Positions 43,583 to 51,915 of a stretch of 64,000 nt of DNA are shown here, piece by piece; within the stretch, counting starts at the first letter, position 1, and each line of letters begins with the position of its first letter. Position numbers and translations under genes: made by a program. A model generated the notes under the pieces. It did no database searches, was not told the origin of the DNA, and saw only the letters and a program-made list of their open reading frames with translations. Origin of the DNA: Conyzicola sp. (GTDB lineage: Bacteria > Actinomycetota > Actinomycetes > Actinomycetales > Microbacteriaceae); assembly GCF_046714715.1 (NCBI RefSeq), contig NZ_JBKKAD010000168.1, positions 38,152 to 102,151 on the forward strand, written 5' to 3'.

Positions 43583-44786
43583 CCTCGGCCGCCCGCCGCT
43601 CGAGGTAGAGCCGCGACGGACCGTCGGTAGTGAGCGAGATCGCCTTCGAATAGGCGGATGCCGCGGCATCCGTCACACCGAGCGTGGCGTGCAGGTGCGC
43701 CCGTGTGGCCCACGCCGGCTGAAACCTCTCCGCGCCGTCGATGTCGTCCAGCGCGGTCAGCCCCGCGCGCGCTCCTCCGACGTCGGCGAGCACGGCGGCC
43801 CGCGCCACCCGCGCGCCGAGCGTGGGGGAGACGCGCACGAGCGCGTCGTGCAGGGCGAGCAGCGCCACAGCGTCGGGTTCGCCCGGCGCGCAGTGCGCCG
43901 ACTGGATGGCGGCCTCCAGTTGGAAGCGCGAGATGCGGCCGAGGGCGTGGGCGCGGTGCAGCAGGCGCTCGCCCTCGCGCACGAGCTCGGGCCGCCAGAG
44001 CGCCCGGTTCTGGGTGGCGAGCGGCACGAGGCATCCGTCGTCTGCCACCCGGGCATCGACGCGGGCGAGGGAGAACGCGATCAGGGCCGCGAGGGCGAAC
44101 GCCTCGGGCTCGTCGTCGAGCAGCTTCGCGAGCGTCGTGGCGAGGTAGAGGGCCTCGGCCGCGAGCGAATCGCGCACGGTCGGGCCCGACACGAGCTGCC
44201 AGTCGATCGCGTAGGCGCCGTAGACGGCCTCGAGCACGGAGGGCAGGCGCGCGGGCATGTCCTGCAGAACGGGAACGACGAACGGCACCCGCGCGCTGCG
44301 GATGCGCCGCTTGGCCCGCACGAGCCGCTGCGCCATAGTGGTCGCCGGCACCGCGAACGCCCGGGCGATGTACGCCGCGTCGAAGCCGAGCACCGTGTGC
44401 AGCATGAGCGGGGTGCGGATCGCCGCGTCGATCGCCGGATGCGCGCACACGAACATCAGCTCGAGGCGCTTGTCGGGGATCGCCTCGACATCGACGAGAT
44501 CGAGAACGCCCGGCTCGACGTCGAGCGGTGCCGACGTGCGGTAGGCCGATGACTTGACCACGTCGCGGTGCCGGTTGCGGGCCACCGTGACGAGCCAGGC
44601 CTCGGGGTTCGAGGGGATCCCCACTTGCGGCCAGGTGGTGAGTGCGCGCTCGAACGCACCGGCCAGCGCGTCTTCGGCCCGCGGGATGTCGCCCGTCTCG
44701 GCGGCGAGGATCGCGAGCAGCCGCCCGTAGGAGGCGCGGGCCACCTGCTCGGCCCGCGCCCCGGCGGTCAGGCGGGCGTCTGCCAC
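43563..44786 (-). CDS. RNA polymerase sigma factor (YciI-associated ECF-like type), paralog of 37647-38864
   Basis: 407 aa; same architecture and clear similarity to the other copy (..NPEAWLVTVARNRHRDVVKS.., ..IARAFAVPATTMAQRLVRAKRRI..). Confidence 0.8.
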   Translation of the reverse strand: MADARLTAGARAEQVARASYGRLLAILAAETGDIPRAEDALAGAFERALTTWPQVGIPSNPEAWLVTVARNRHRDVVKSSAYRTSAPLDVEPGVLDLVDVEAIPDKRLELMFVCAHPAIDAAIRTPLMLHTVLGFDAAYIARAFAVPATTMAQRLVRAKRRIRSARVPFVVPVLQDMPARLPSVLEAVYGAYAIDWQLVSGPTVRDSLAAEALYLATTLAKLLDDEPEAFALAALIAFSLARVDARVADDGCLVPLATQNRALWRPELVREGERLLHRAHALGRISRFQLEAAIQSAHCAPGEPDAVALLALHDALVRVSPTLGARVARAAVLADVGGARAGLTALDDIDGAERFQPAWATRAHLHATLGVTDAAASAYSKAISLTTDGPSRLYLERRAAEVRPADR

Positions 44787-45145
44787 GCGCCGTCGCGGTA
44801 GGCGATCGCCGACGGGCGGATCTCGACCACGCCGTACTGGGCGCCCGGGTTCTTCTCGGCCCAGGCGATCGCCGCGTCCACATCGGGCACCTCGATCACG
44901 AAAGTGCCCGCCAACTGCTCTTTCGTCGCGGCGAACGGGCCATCCTGAATCTGCGGCGCACCGTCGCGCACGGCGACCGTGGTCGACGCCGACGAACCCT
45001 GCAGGATGTCGATGGCCACGAGCACGCCCGCGGAATCGAGCGATTTGGCATAGACGTCGAAGGCCGTCTGGAACTCGGCCATCTGTTCGGCGCTGACGTC
45101 GGCGTCGCCGGGTTCCGGCGCGTGGAGGAGAAGCGAATACTGCAT
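44768..45145 (-). CDS. YciI family protein
   Basis: Start at MQYSLLLHAPEP (GAAGGGA upstream); DGPFAATKEQLAGTFVIEV motif; overlaps the sigma gene start by 19 nt. Confidence 0.8.
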   Translation of the reverse strand: MQYSLLLHAPEPGDADVSAEQMAEFQTAFDVYAKSLDSAGVLVAIDILQGSSASTTVAVRDGAPQIQDGPFAATKEQLAGTFVIEVPDVDAAIAWAEKNPGAQYGVVEIRPSAIAYRDGAWQTPA

Positions 45146-45290
45146 TGGGTGTCCCTTCGGTGAACTGATACTGACACCTGTATGACGCGCCAGACAGGGG
45201 TCGATCGACACATTTCTAGATGTTGTTTTCGCCATCCGCCCGGGTCTACTTTGTGAGCCATCATCCACATCCCACGACCCGGAGGTACCC

Positions 45291-46019
45291 GTGAATTCTG
45301 AGCTGAAGCCCACCATCGTTCTCGTCCACGGCGCATTCGCCGACGCGTCGGGCTGGACGGCCGTGATCAAGAACCTGCAGCGCGACGGATACACCGCGCT
45401 CGCGCCGGCGAATCCGTTGCGCTCGCTCGCGGGCGACGCCGAATACCTGCGCGCGGTGCTCGCGACGATCGAGGGTCCGGTGGTGCTGGTCGGGCACTCC
45501 TACGGCGGCGCGGTGATCACCAACGCCGCGACCGACATCCAGAACGTGGTGTCGCTCGTCTACATCTGCGGTTTCGCACTCGACGAGGGCGAACCCGTGC
45601 TGCAGGCGCTGGGTCTCGGCGGCGGCCACTCTGCTCTCGGTGAGCACACCCTCGTGCGTCCCTACCCGGGCGCCGCCGAGGGTGATGCCGACGGCTACAT
45701 CGATCCGGCCTACTTCAAGGAGCTGTTCTGCGACGACCTGAGCGACGAGGACGCGGCCGCGATGGCGGCGGCGCAACGCCCCGCGGCGCTCAACACGCTG
45801 GGCACTCCCTCGGGGGTGCCGGCCTGGAAGACCATCCCCAGCTGGTTCCTCATCGGGTCGGACGACCGCACCATCCCGCCGGAGGCGCACCGGGCGATGG
45901 CCGAGCGGGCGGGCGGCATCGCCGTGGAGATCGAGAGCTCCCACGTCGCTATGATCAGCCACCCCGACGCTGTCTCCAAACTCATCGTCGATGCGGCGAA
46001 GAACGCGGTACCGGCCTGA
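45291..46019 (+). CDS. alpha/beta hydrolase
   Basis: 242 aa; GTG start with GGAGG upstream; VLVHGAFADASGW, GHSYGG nucleophile elbow. Confidence 0.85.
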   Translation: MNSELKPTIVLVHGAFADASGWTAVIKNLQRDGYTALAPANPLRSLAGDAEYLRAVLATIEGPVVLVGHSYGGAVITNAATDIQNVVSLVYICGFALDEGEPVLQALGLGGGHSALGEHTLVRPYPGAAEGDADGYIDPAYFKELFCDDLSDEDAAAMAAAQRPAALNTLGTPSGVPAWKTIPSWFLIGSDDRTIPPEAHRAMAERAGGIAVEIESSHVAMISHPDAVSKLIVDAAKNAVPA

Positions 46020-46021
46020 CC

Positions 46022-46603
46022 ATGGGCGACCTGATCGTGCACCAGTTCGTGAGCGCCGACGGTTTCGCGGGAGACGAGAGCGGCGAATTCGCGCTCTTCG
46101 ACGGTTCCGGCCCCTCCGAGGAGCTCGACCGAGACACCCTCTCGCGGCTCGAAACCGTCGACGCGATCGTGCTCGGCGCCACGACCTACCGCATGTTCGC
46201 CGCCTTCTGGCCGACCTCCGACTCCGACCAGGAGCTGCTGGCACGGCCCATCAACGAGCTGCCGAAGTTCGTGGTGTCGACGACGCTCGAGGAGGCGCCC
46301 TGGGGCGAGTACCCGCCGGCGACGCTGGTTTCGGATGACGCGGCCGAAGCCGTGCGCCGCCTCAAGCGCGACCTCCCGGGCGACCTCATGGTGTGGGGGA
46401 GTCTCACGCTCACCGACACCCTCTTCGCCGCGGGCCTCGTCGACACCGTGCGCCTCGCCGTGCTGCCGAGACTGCTCGGCCACGGTCGCTCGGCGTTCCC
46501 GTCCGGTTCCAGCGACCTCGACCTGCACCTGGTGCGCGTCGAAACCTACGACTCGGAGATCGCCGTCATCGAATACCAGAATGAACGAAAGGAGTCTTCC
46601 TAG
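46022..46603 (+). CDS. dihydrofolate reductase family protein (RibD C-terminal domain-like)
   Basis: 193 aa; DAIVLGATTYRMF.., PGDLMVWGSLTL pattern. Confidence 0.75.
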   Translation: MGDLIVHQFVSADGFAGDESGEFALFDGSGPSEELDRDTLSRLETVDAIVLGATTYRMFAAFWPTSDSDQELLARPINELPKFVVSTTLEEAPWGEYPPATLVSDDAAEAVRRLKRDLPGDLMVWGSLTLTDTLFAAGLVDTVRLAVLPRLLGHGRSAFPSGSSDLDLHLVRVETYDSEIAVIEYQNERKESS

Positions 46604-46624
46604 CCGACGCACGATACCCTGACG

Positions 46625-47491
46625 GTGATGACAACGACGCCTCACGCCCCAGATTCTGTTTCCCGCCGCGACTCCATCCCCGCCGAAATCGCCCGCTCGT
46701 GGCTGCTCGTTTCGGCGACCCGAACTGAGACCTTCGACTCGGCGTTCGCCTCCCGCGCCGACCAGATCGTGCTCGACATCGAGGACGCCGTCGACCCCAA
46801 GCTCAAGCCGAAGGCGCGCGAAGACGTGGTCGAGTGGCTCTCCGGCGGCGGCGACGGCTGGGTGCGCATCAACGACCGCACCACCGACTTCTGGAGCGGC
46901 GACGTCGACGCCCTCTCCGGCGTCTCGGGGCTGCGCGGCGTGATGCTCGCCAAGACGGAGTCGCCGGCCGACGTCACCGAGACCTTCGACCGGCTCGGCG
47001 GCCACACGCCCGTGCTCGCGCTCATCGAATCGGCGCTCGGCATTGAAGAGGCCGTGTCGATCGCCCGTGCCCGCGGAACGTTCCGACTCGCGTTCGGCAG
47101 CGGCGACTACCGCCGCGACACCGGCACGAGCGCCGACAACCTCGCCATGGCGTATCCGCGTTCGCGCCTGGTCGTGGCCAGCCGCATCGGCGACCTGCCC
47201 GGCCCGATCGACGGACCGACAGTGGGCAGCAGCCACCCGATCCTGCGCGAGCAGTCGCAGATGACGGTGGCCCTCGGGCTCACCGGCAAGCTGTGCCTCG
47301 ACCCCGAGCAGACCCCGGTGATCAACGAGGTCATCAGCCCGACGCAGAGCGATGTGAGCTGGGCGCGCGATTTCCTCGACGACTTCGAGGCTCGCGGACG
47401 TGTCATCCGAGACGGAAGCGACCTTCCCCGCCTCGGCCGCGCGCAGAAGATCGACAAGCTGGCGCGCGCGTTCGGCGTGCTGCCCTCCTAG
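46625..47491 (+). CDS. HpcH/HpaI aldolase / citrate lyase beta (CitE)-like CoA ester lyase
   Basis: 288 aa; DQIVLDIEDAV, ALIESALGIEEA, FGSGDY motifs. Confidence 0.8.
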   Translation: MMTTTPHAPDSVSRRDSIPAEIARSWLLVSATRTETFDSAFASRADQIVLDIEDAVDPKLKPKAREDVVEWLSGGGDGWVRINDRTTDFWSGDVDALSGVSGLRGVMLAKTESPADVTETFDRLGGHTPVLALIESALGIEEAVSIARARGTFRLAFGSGDYRRDTGTSADNLAMAYPRSRLVVASRIGDLPGPIDGPTVGSSHPILREQSQMTVALGLTGKLCLDPEQTPVINEVISPTQSDVSWARDFLDDFEARGRVIRDGSDLPRLGRAQKIDKLARAFGVLPS

Positions 47492-47499
47492 CGCCTTCG

Positions 47500-47536
47500 C
47501 CGGTTGAGTAGGTCGCTCCGCGACCGTATCGAAACC
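47500..47536. repeat. GAGTAG-element, left-half copy
   Basis: ccggttgagtagg-tcgctccgcga-ccgtatcgaaacc. Confidence 0.85.
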
Positions 47537-47547
47537 CGCCCAGCTGG

Positions 47548-47646
47548 TTCTCGTAACTCAGGCAGGATGCGCGGGGTGAGCCGCCCTGGCCCCGCCGTCG
47601 TGTGGCTCGAGCCGCGGCATCCGCGATTCTGCCTGAGTTGCGAAGA
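47548..47646. repeat. 99-bp TIR element, copy 1 (imperfect arms)
   Basis: ttctcgtaactcaggcagga ...59 nt... ttctgcctgagttgcgaaga; internal sequence nearly identical to copy 2. Confidence 0.8.
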
Positions 47647-47762
47647 GGAGTGTTCGTGATTCCGGATGATCCGGGGTTGCTGTCGTGCTCGGGGGCGTGA
47701 TCGCGCGGCTGTACAGCGCGCGGAAGAGCAGTCCTCCTGAATGACGAACGCCGGACAGCCGG

Positions 47763-47861
47763 TTCTCGCAACTCAGGCAGAACGTGCGCGGGGTGCCGTC
47801 GTGGCCCCGCCGTCGTGCGGCTCGAGCCGCGGCATCCGCGATTCTGCCTGAGTTGCGAGAA
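47763..47861. repeat. 99-bp TIR element, copy 2 (perfect 20-bp terminal inverted repeats)
   Basis: ttctcgcaactcaggcagaa ...59 nt... ttctgcctgagttgcgagaa (exact reverse complement). Confidence 0.85.
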
Positions 47862-48485
47862 TCAGCGGCGCCGGATCTCCGACTCGACGATCGTCGTCAC
47901 TACCTCGACGATGTGCGGCGACGCGGGGGCCGACCCGAAGCCGAACCGCACGGGCGGGTGCAGGCGTGCCAGAGCGCCGAGGTCGTCGCCGTCCCACGTG
48001 GCGGTGACAGCGGTGATGGCCCGCGCGGACGTGACGCCGTAGTACTCGCGCCGCCCCTGACCCGCCGACCCTGCCGTGCGAGCGCCGGGCACGAGCACGC
48101 GCGCCACCGGGTCGATGAGCCGCAGCCAGCCGGGACGCGTGGCGATGCCGCGCGGCACGATCCGCAACAGCCGGCCGAGGGGCGAGATCGTGCCCACCGT
48201 GAACCGCGCGTTCAGCGGCCCGGCCGCGACGGTGATCTCGCGGCCGGTGCGCGTGTAGGCGACGGGCACGATGCGCACCTCGTCGAACACGTAGGTGGCG
48301 CCGACGAACTCGGCGACGGCCTCGCTCGGCGCGAGCAGGATGCGGTGACCGTCGGGCCGCTCGACCATCACGTCGGCGAAGCTGCCCAGCGGGGATCGCG
48401 GCCACATGCCGACGACGAGGCGAACGCCCGAGCCGGTGCCGAAACCGGCGATGCGGCCGTGGAAGCGCAGGACGGTTCGGGGCAT
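47862..48485 (-). CDS. hypothetical protein
   Basis: Start chosen at MPRTVLRFHG; protein-like composition; no motif recognised. Confidence 0.5.
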   Translation of the reverse strand: MPRTVLRFHGRIAGFGTGSGVRLVVGMWPRSPLGSFADVMVERPDGHRILLAPSEAVAEFVGATYVFDEVRIVPVAYTRTGREITVAAGPLNARFTVGTISPLGRLLRIVPRGIATRPGWLRLIDPVARVLVPGARTAGSAGQGRREYYGVTSARAITAVTATWDGDDLGALARLHPPVRFGFGSAPASPHIVEVVTTIVESEIRRR

Positions 48486-48650
48486 GCGTCCAGCGTATGC
48501 CCGCGGCACCTGCCGAGGGTCTGAGCGCGCGCCAAACCATCTGGCCGCACCGCTTAACAGGATCACATCTCCCCGATCGCCGTTCAGCAGGACGATTTCA
48601 GCCTTCGTGAGGCTGGTGTCCTGTTGAACGGGCGCGCGCGGGAGAGGCGT

Positions 48651-49772
48651 CTAGAGCACGACCTCGAAGTCGGTGCGCGTGTGGCGTTCTCCGTTGATCT
48701 GCAGTTCGAGCGTGTGCGTGCCGGCGTAGTGCACACGCGTCGTCATCTGGCGCAGCGCGTGCCGCTTCGCGATCGTGACGCTCTCGCCGGGCGCGAGCGT
48801 CACCGCCGTGAGCTTGAACACCTTCTCGGCCGGCCGCCCGTTGCTCTTCATAAAGTGCACGACGTAGTCGACGGCCATGCGCTCGGTCGTCGGGCCGTCG
48901 TTGGTCAGGATGAACCGGAAGCCGAGGTTTCCCGGAAGCGTGACCACGGTCGCGTCGAGCACCGGATCGCTGACACTCACCGCGACGGGCGCGAAGCCGA
49001 GCAAGCCGAGGGCCCCGGGATGTGCCTTCTTCACCAGCGTGCGCAGGCCGTGCCGCACGACCCAGGCGGTGTTCTCGTCGGGCGCGTCCAGCCAGCGCGC
49101 CGCGACCTCGACGACCAGGTCGGGGTTCTGCCGGGCGAGATCGTTGAGGTGGTTGGCGACCGAGCGGCGCACGTAGTCGCTCTCGTCGCGGTACAGCGCG
49201 TCGAGAATCGGCACCGTGGCCTCGGGGCGGCCGTGCAACGCCCGCACGCGAACGGCCCACGGCAGGTACACGCGCGTACCCTCGCTCGCGAGGCGCCGCA
49301 CGTGCGGGTCGGGGTGGGTGGTCCACGACAGCACGATGGCGAGGGCGGCGTCGATGTCGTGGTCGAGCAGGCGGCGGATCGGGAACTCCGAGGTGAGCCG
49401 CGGCGTCAGCTCGGCGAGCAGCCCCAGGGCGTCGGCGAAGTGCTGCGGCTGCTTGAGACCGAGGGTGGTGACGGTCTCGCCGACGGGCCAGATCGTCCAT
49501 CCGGCGAACGCTGGATCGGCCAGGGCCCGCCGGTAGACGGTGGCCACCTCGGAGTAATCCGCCGGGAGGTCGGTGAGCAGTGCGGCGCTCACTCGGTCGG
49601 TGCGCTGGCGCAGCGACGCGTCGCCGAATCCCGCGGCGACATCGGCGAGAGCCGGGAACTCGAGGCCTGGCGCCGCGGAGGCGAGGCGCGCGCGGAGGCC
49701 GGCCACGGCATCCGCGTCGATCAGTTCGTTCATGGCGCCCATTCGCCTCACGCTACGCGACACCTCGGACAC
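48651..49772 (-). CDS. DNA alkylation repair protein, AlkC-like (HEAT-like repeats plus C-terminal Ig-like beta domain)
   Basis: 373 aa; ..HPDPHVRRLASEGTR.., ..DESDYVRRSVANHLNDLARQNP.. HEAT-like repeats; beta-rich roughly 110-aa C-terminus; start uncertain (Met 1, 11 or 14). Confidence 0.6.
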   Translation of the reverse strand: MSEVSRSVRRMGAMNELIDADAVAGLRARLASAAPGLEFPALADVAAGFGDASLRQRTDRVSAALLTDLPADYSEVATVYRRALADPAFAGWTIWPVGETVTTLGLKQPQHFADALGLLAELTPRLTSEFPIRRLLDHDIDAALAIVLSWTTHPDPHVRRLASEGTRVYLPWAVRVRALHGRPEATVPILDALYRDESDYVRRSVANHLNDLARQNPDLVVEVAARWLDAPDENTAWVVRHGLRTLVKKAHPGALGLLGFAPVAVSVSDPVLDATVVTLPGNLGFRFILTNDGPTTERMAVDYVVHFMKSNGRPAEKVFKLTAVTLAPGESVTIAKRHALRQMTTRVHYAGTHTLELQINGERHTRTDFEVVL

Positions 49773-49836
49773 ACGCTGCGCCTAGGCTGGAACCCGTACC
49801 CAGGAGGACACCATTTCCGAGATTTCGAATTCCGTC

Positions 49837-50145
49837 GTGGAGATCCACGTTCCGCTCACCCCGTTGATCGGGCTGCCGGAGGGCGAAGACCCGTTCCCGT
49901 GGATCGACGAGGTCATGGACTACATCACCGAGCTCGACGAGCGCGGCGAGGCCGCTCTCTACGACGACGGCGGCGAGTTCGGCGACGTGTACGTGTTTCT
50001 CATCAACGCGGCATCCGAAGAGCGCCTGCTCGCGGTTGCCGCGCGCATCGCCGACCTGCCGGGCGTGCCCGCGGGCGTCTACGCGATGGTCACCGACGAC
50101 GAGGCCGAAGAGTTCGGGCTGGGGCGTCGCGTCGACCTGTCATAG
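49837..50145 (+). CDS. hypothetical acidic protein
   Basis: 102 aa; GTG start; no motif recognised. Confidence 0.4.
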   Translation: MEIHVPLTPLIGLPEGEDPFPWIDEVMDYITELDERGEAALYDDGGEFGDVYVFLINAASEERLLAVAARIADLPGVPAGVYAMVTDDEAEEFGLGRRVDLS

Positions 50146-50152
50146 AAAAACG

Positions 50153-50234
50153 CCGGTCGAGTAGGTCGCCCCGCGACCGTATCGAGACCCTCGGAGGGTT
50201 TCGATACGGGCCGCAGGCGGCCCTACTCAACCGG
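50153..50234. repeat. GAGTAG-element, full copy
   Basis: ccggtcgagtagg-tcgccccgcga-ccgtatcgagacc-ctcggag-ggtttcgatacgg-gccgcaggcggc-cctactcaaccgg. Confidence 0.9.
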
Positions 50235-50247
50235 CGTATCTGTCTGC

Positions 50248-51807
50248 CTAGTGCCCGATCGGAGCCTGCGCGCCGTTCGACGCCGGTTTGCGCACGAAGA
50301 ATGCCAGCGGAATGGCGATCAGCGAGATGATCGAGCCGTAGACGAAGGCCGAGTGGATGCCGGCGGCGGTCGCCGCGACCTCGCTCGAGCCGTCGGCCAT
50401 CATGTTCGCCGCACGCGACGACAGCACCGTGATGAAGAGCGCGATGCCCGAAGCGCCGGCAAGCTGCTGCACCGTGCTGAGGATGGCGCTTCCGTGCGAG
50501 TACATCTTCGGTGCCAGACCGGCCAGCCCCGACGTGAAGAGCGGGGTGAACAGCAGGGCGAGCCCGATGCTCAGACCGACGTGCGCGACGAGCACCCACC
50601 AGATCTCGGTGTTCTGGCCGAGCATGGTCATGCCCCAGAGCGCGAGGCTCACGATGACCGAACCGGCGATCACGAGTGCCGTCGGGCCCTGGCGGTCGTA
50701 CAGTCGGCCGACGAACGGCGCGAGCAGACCCATGATGAGGCCGCCGGGCAGCAGCAGCAGGCCGGTGGTCAGGGTGTCGAGGCCGAGCACGTCCTGCGTG
50801 TAGAGCGGCAGCAGGATGAGCGTTCCGAACAGCGAGATCATGCTGATCATCACGAGGCCGATCGAGATCGAGAACGACCGCGTCTTGAACGTGCGCAGGT
50901 CGAGCAGCGCGATGTCTCTCTTCTGCAGGCCCAGCTGGCGCACGATGAACAGGGCGAGGGCGACCAGGCCGATCGCGAGCGGGGCCCACGCCTCGACGGC
51001 GGTGATGCCGCCGACGGCGGTGCCCAGGTTGCTGAGTCCGAAGACGATTCCGCCGAAGCCGAAGGCCGCGAGGATCACGGAGAGCACATCGAGCGGGGTC
51101 TTGCGCGTCTCGGAGACGTTCGGAATGCGCATGGCGCCCAGCAGCAGGGCGACGACCGCGATGGGCAGCACGATGATGAACATCCAACGCCAGTCGAGCA
51201 CGCTCAGGATGAGGCCGGAGATCGTCGGGCCGACGGCAGGCGCCACCGAGATCACGATCGAGATGTTGCCCATTATGCGTCCGCGGTTGTGCTCGGGAAC
51301 GAGTGTCAGCACGGTCGTGAAGAGCAGCGGGATCATGATCGCGGTACCGACGGCCTGCACGACGCGAGCGACGAGCAGCACCTCGAAGCCGGGGGCGATC
51401 GCGGCGATCAGGGTGCCGACGCTGAAGATGGTCATCGCGGTGATGAAGATGCCGCGCGTGGTGAAGCGCTGCAGCAGGAATCCGGTGATCGGGATGACGA
51501 CGGCCATCGTGAGCAGGAACGCGGTGGTCAGCCACTGCGCCGCACTCGCGGTGATGTCGAGGTCTTCCATGAGGTGCGGCAGGGCCACGCTCATGATCGT
51601 CTCGTTGAGGATCACGACGAAGGTCGACACCAGAAGGATGGTGATGGCGAGGGTATTGCGAGCGCCGATGCGCTTCTCTTCGATCGCTGCGGCCGACTCG
51701 GCTGCCGCGGGAGCGGTGATTGTTTCTGACAAAGGGGTGTCCTGTCCTGCAAGAGGGCTGATGTGGAGGGCGGGCGACGGTACCCGGATGTCGCGGCGAG
51801 ATTTCAC
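50248..51807 (-). CDS. MFS transporter, DHA2 (EmrB/QacA, 14-TMS) family
   Basis: 519 aa with 14 hydrophobic helices; start may be downstream of Met 1. Confidence 0.85.
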   Translation of the reverse strand: MKSRRDIRVPSPALHISPLAGQDTPLSETITAPAAAESAAAIEEKRIGARNTLAITILLVSTFVVILNETIMSVALPHLMEDLDITASAAQWLTTAFLLTMAVVIPITGFLLQRFTTRGIFITAMTIFSVGTLIAAIAPGFEVLLVARVVQAVGTAIMIPLLFTTVLTLVPEHNRGRIMGNISIVISVAPAVGPTISGLILSVLDWRWMFIIVLPIAVVALLLGAMRIPNVSETRKTPLDVLSVILAAFGFGGIVFGLSNLGTAVGGITAVEAWAPLAIGLVALALFIVRQLGLQKRDIALLDLRTFKTRSFSISIGLVMISMISLFGTLILLPLYTQDVLGLDTLTTGLLLLPGGLIMGLLAPFVGRLYDRQGPTALVIAGSVIVSLALWGMTMLGQNTEIWWVLVAHVGLSIGLALLFTPLFTSGLAGLAPKMYSHGSAILSTVQQLAGASGIALFITVLSSRAANMMADGSSEVAATAAGIHSAFVYGSIISLIAIPLAFFVRKPASNGAQAPIGH

Positions 51808-51915
51808 GCGAAATCGTGCGTCTGAGGGTGCAGCGATTCTGAGGGAGGCTTTATTCCTGATTCGACATGCGAATACAGTGGCAGAAAGTTCACACTGTCC
51901 ACAAGTGCGGTTTCG

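Noticed and set aside
43552-44883. 443-aa Arg-rich ORF and several plus-strand ORFs over the sigma factor gene
   Set aside because: Low-complexity composition. The 407-aa frame has sigma regions 2 and 4.
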